Below, one piece after another: positions 6,491 through 8,333 of a stretch of 8,333 nt of DNA. Position numbers and translations under genes: made by a program. Below the pieces are notes generated by a model. The model searched no databases. It saw only the letters and a program-made list of their open reading frames with translations, and had not been told where the DNA came from. Where the stretch lies: the IMG/VR virus record IMGVR_UViG_2698536369_000014. One strand, given 5' to 3'. How positions within the stretch are numbered: position 1 is the first letter of the stretch; each line of letters opens with the position of its first letter. This DNA comes from a virus. Its lineage: Duplodnaviria > Heunggongvirae > Uroviricota > Caudoviricetes.

Positions 6491-7042
6491 CTACTTTATC
6501 TCATAAACTGGTGTTATCTCAGCGGTTGCGATTTTATTAGCATTAAGCATATAACCAACTAACGCTCCGCTGGAGTTAGAATCTACAGGAATCTTTTCAG
6601 TTTTTAGAGCCCATACTTTAAACTGGTAATGATGTGGTTTATCTCCTTTAGGAGGACATGCGCCACCAAACCCAGCATAGCCAAAATCATTTCGGCCTTG
6701 AACAGCACCAGTCGGCAGTTTTGTTCCATCACGTCTCCCTGCATCAACGGGCAAATATGTTACTGTTGCTGGAATATTAACAACAGTCCAATGCCACCAA
6801 CCACTGCCTGTAGGTGCATCTGGATCATATACAGTTACGGCAAAGCTTTTGGTACCTTCAGGAACACCAGACCAGGTTAATGAGGGCGATGTATTACCAC
6901 CTTCACACCCAAATCCAGAAAAGACATGAGACGTTGTAAGTTGCTCTCCTGTTTTTATTTCATTACTAGTGACCTGAAATGCTGCAACCTGCGCAGAAAA
7001 TGTTATGAATGCCAATACAGTTGAAACGATAAGTGTTTTCAT
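6491..7042 (-). CDS. ybcL: Periplasmic PEBP/RKIP-family protein YbcL, 183 aa
   Basis: Signal peptide MKTLIVSTVLAFITFSAQVAA, then ...VYDPDAPTGSGWWHWTVVNIP...GFGGACPPKGDKPHHYQFKVWAL..., typical of the YbhB/YbcL family. Ribosome-binding site AAGAGG. Confidence 0.85.
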   Translation of the reverse strand: MKTLIVSTVLAFITFSAQVAAFQVTSNEIKTGEQLTTSHVFSGFGCEGGNTSPSLTWSGVPEGTKSFAVTVYDPDAPTGSGWWHWTVVNIPATVTYLPVDAGRRDGTKLPTGAVQGRNDFGYAGFGGACPPKGDKPHHYQFKVWALKTEKIPVDSNSSGALVGYMLNANKIATAEITPVYEIK

Positions 7043-7258
7043 AAAAACCTCTTTGTTATGACCTATCGTTATTTTATTTGATATTCCTTTATCTCATTAT
7101 GCATAAAGGCGCAATGTTCATGCAAAAGCAATCACAATTGTACCCCCAACCCAATTATTTGCCACAATATACACAAAGCACATTGATACTATCTAAAAAC
7201 TATGCTTTATTATTAGTAATACCTACGAAAGTCGGTGTTATTTTTTAAACTACCATTC

Positions 7259-7309
7259 AAAATACGTGACATACACCATTTTGCTCATAATAATTTGTCA
7301 CGTATTTTC
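7259..7309. promoter_or_regulatory. 13-bp perfect inverted repeat (AAAATACGTGACA ... TGTCACGTATTTT) about 215-270 bp upstream of ybcL
   Basis: Arms at about 7259-7271 and 7297-7309 are exact reverse complements separated by 25 bp, in an AT-rich intergenic region. Function unknown (operator-like or structural). Confidence 0.25.
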
Positions 7310-7506
7310 AGTATTTGAATCTGCGACCAAGAGTTCTCACCTAACAAATGATTAAGATTGTATAGCTCATTTACTACCCCAATACAGCCGTACAAAACTC
7401 GCTTGTGGGAGCAAACAAAGTAATTACCCATTAAGTTTCGTTAAAGATAATTAATTCTGTCTTGCACTTTATCATCATAGCATAACTTAAAATCCGAGAT
7501 CATTAT

Positions 7507-8229
7507 TTAGAAATAAATCTCACCATCAACCATATATTTGAGAGCACTTATCGCCTGCTGGGCGGATATTACTTTCATTAAAAGATAGTGTTTAAAAACA
7601 ATGCCATTCATAAAATAGATGTCACAGGTTTTATTATCCGTATTAATTATGATTTTTTCGAATGTTTTATAGGCAAGTGTACGGCATAACTCTCGTCCAT
7701 TTTTACTGGTTAAGTCAATAGCATAAAAATCACTGAATGAATTTACACCTTTACTCTTCAAAGTTTTCAATGATACCGAAGCCCTTCGTAATTCCTTATC
7801 TAATAGTCTTATTTTCTCTGCTATAGCGGTAACTTCAGGCGCGACAGACAATGCAACGATTAAATTATTAATTTTCATCTGAAGCTCAATAATTTTTAAC
7901 TCTAAAGTTTCATTAGCATCTTTCTTGTTTTCAACTGGTTGAATTTTGCTACAATTAAAAAGCAATTCATTAATGATATTATAATCAACCAAATCTCTTT
8001 TTATTGATGGCCTGTCACATCGATGTAATCTTCTCATCGGACAAACATAATAGCCATGCAAACTTCCAGATACCGCATGAACAATCATGGTATTACCACA
8101 AGCCTCACACTTCATAACTGTTCGAAGTAGATTTATTAGCATAGGATTCTTGCTACTATTGCTAATACCAAAAGGTGCCAACCGAATTTCCTGTACAGCG
8201 TAAAACAAATCATCTGATATGACTCTGGG
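7507..8229 (-). pseudogene. ybcK: Large serine recombinase (YbcK-like) 3' portion, 5'-truncated by the IS2-like insertion
   Basis: About 240 aa with a zinc-ribbon-like motif (CEACGNTM...YYVCPMRRLHRCD) and a coiled-coil segment, typical of the C-terminal half of large serine recombinases. No catalytic N-terminal domain. The track ORF start (GTG at 8254-8256) and first 9 codons lie inside the IS terminal repeat, with TGA and TAA immediately upstream in frame. Confidence 0.7.
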
Positions 8230-8333
8230 TGGATTTGCCCCTATATTTCCAGACACCTGTTATCACTTAACCCATTACTGGCTTGCTGCCGTAGATATTC
8301 CCGTGGCGAGCGATAACCCAGTGCACTATGCGG
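8230..8333 (-). mobile_element. Right end of an IS2-like (IS3-family) insertion sequence, continuing beyond the window
   Basis: TGGATTTGCCCCTATATTTCCAGACA... matches the IS2 terminal inverted repeat as recalled; about 92% identity to canonical IS2 over the 104 visible bases. Confidence 0.75.
8241..8333 (-). CDS. InsD-like DDE transposase (IS2 orfB) C-terminal 30 codons, partial
   Basis: Minus-strand translation [30 protein letters not shown], with stop at 8241-8243. Canonical IS2 InsD ends ...[29 protein letters not shown] as recalled. Confidence 0.65.
   Translation of the reverse strand, partial: PHSALGYRSPREYLRQQASNGLSDNRCLEI

Noticed and set aside
6088-6880. Plus-strand ORFs at 6088-6357 and 6629-6880
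   Set aside because: Antisense to ybcM and ybcL, which have clear family signatures on the minus strand.
8230-8256. GTG start and first 9 codons of the 7507-8256 ORF as the genuine recombinase start
   Set aside because: These bases are the IS2-like terminal repeat and are preceded in frame by TGA and TAA; the recombinase is a truncated remnant.
1-8333. CRISPR arrays, tRNA or rRNA genes
   Set aside because: No regularly spaced direct repeats and no tRNA-like or rRNA-like sequence noticed on reading both strands.

Overview
This window reads as the late-gene end of a defective DLP12-like lambdoid prophage, with every phage gene on the minus strand. From high to low coordinates: the right end of an IS2-like element (8230-8333) that truncates a ybcK-like serine recombinase; the ybcL-ybcM pair (PEBP-family periplasmic protein plus AraC regulator); a tightly overlapping nin-region chain ylcH-ybcN-ninE-ybcO-rusA-ylcG; antiterminator Q; a tR'-like terminator; an AT-rich three-gene cargo island; an S21-type pinholin; and an endolysin 5' fragment fused out of frame to Rz. 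The cargo island sits where K-12 carries nmpC and consists of a Blc-like lipocalin lipoprotein (plus strand), a TudS/DUF523-DUF1722 fusion resembling tRNA 4-thiouridine desulfidases, and an AppY-like AraC regulator broken by a frameshift at an A7/T7 homopolymer. All calls rest on reading the translations against protein and DNA sequences recalled from memory (lambda, phage 21, E. coli K-12 DLP12, IS2); no database search was run, so identities are approximate. No rRNA, tRNA or CRISPR array was seen. The most plausible candidate for something new is the cargo island, especially the prophage-borne desulfidase homologue; I see no clear defence system.
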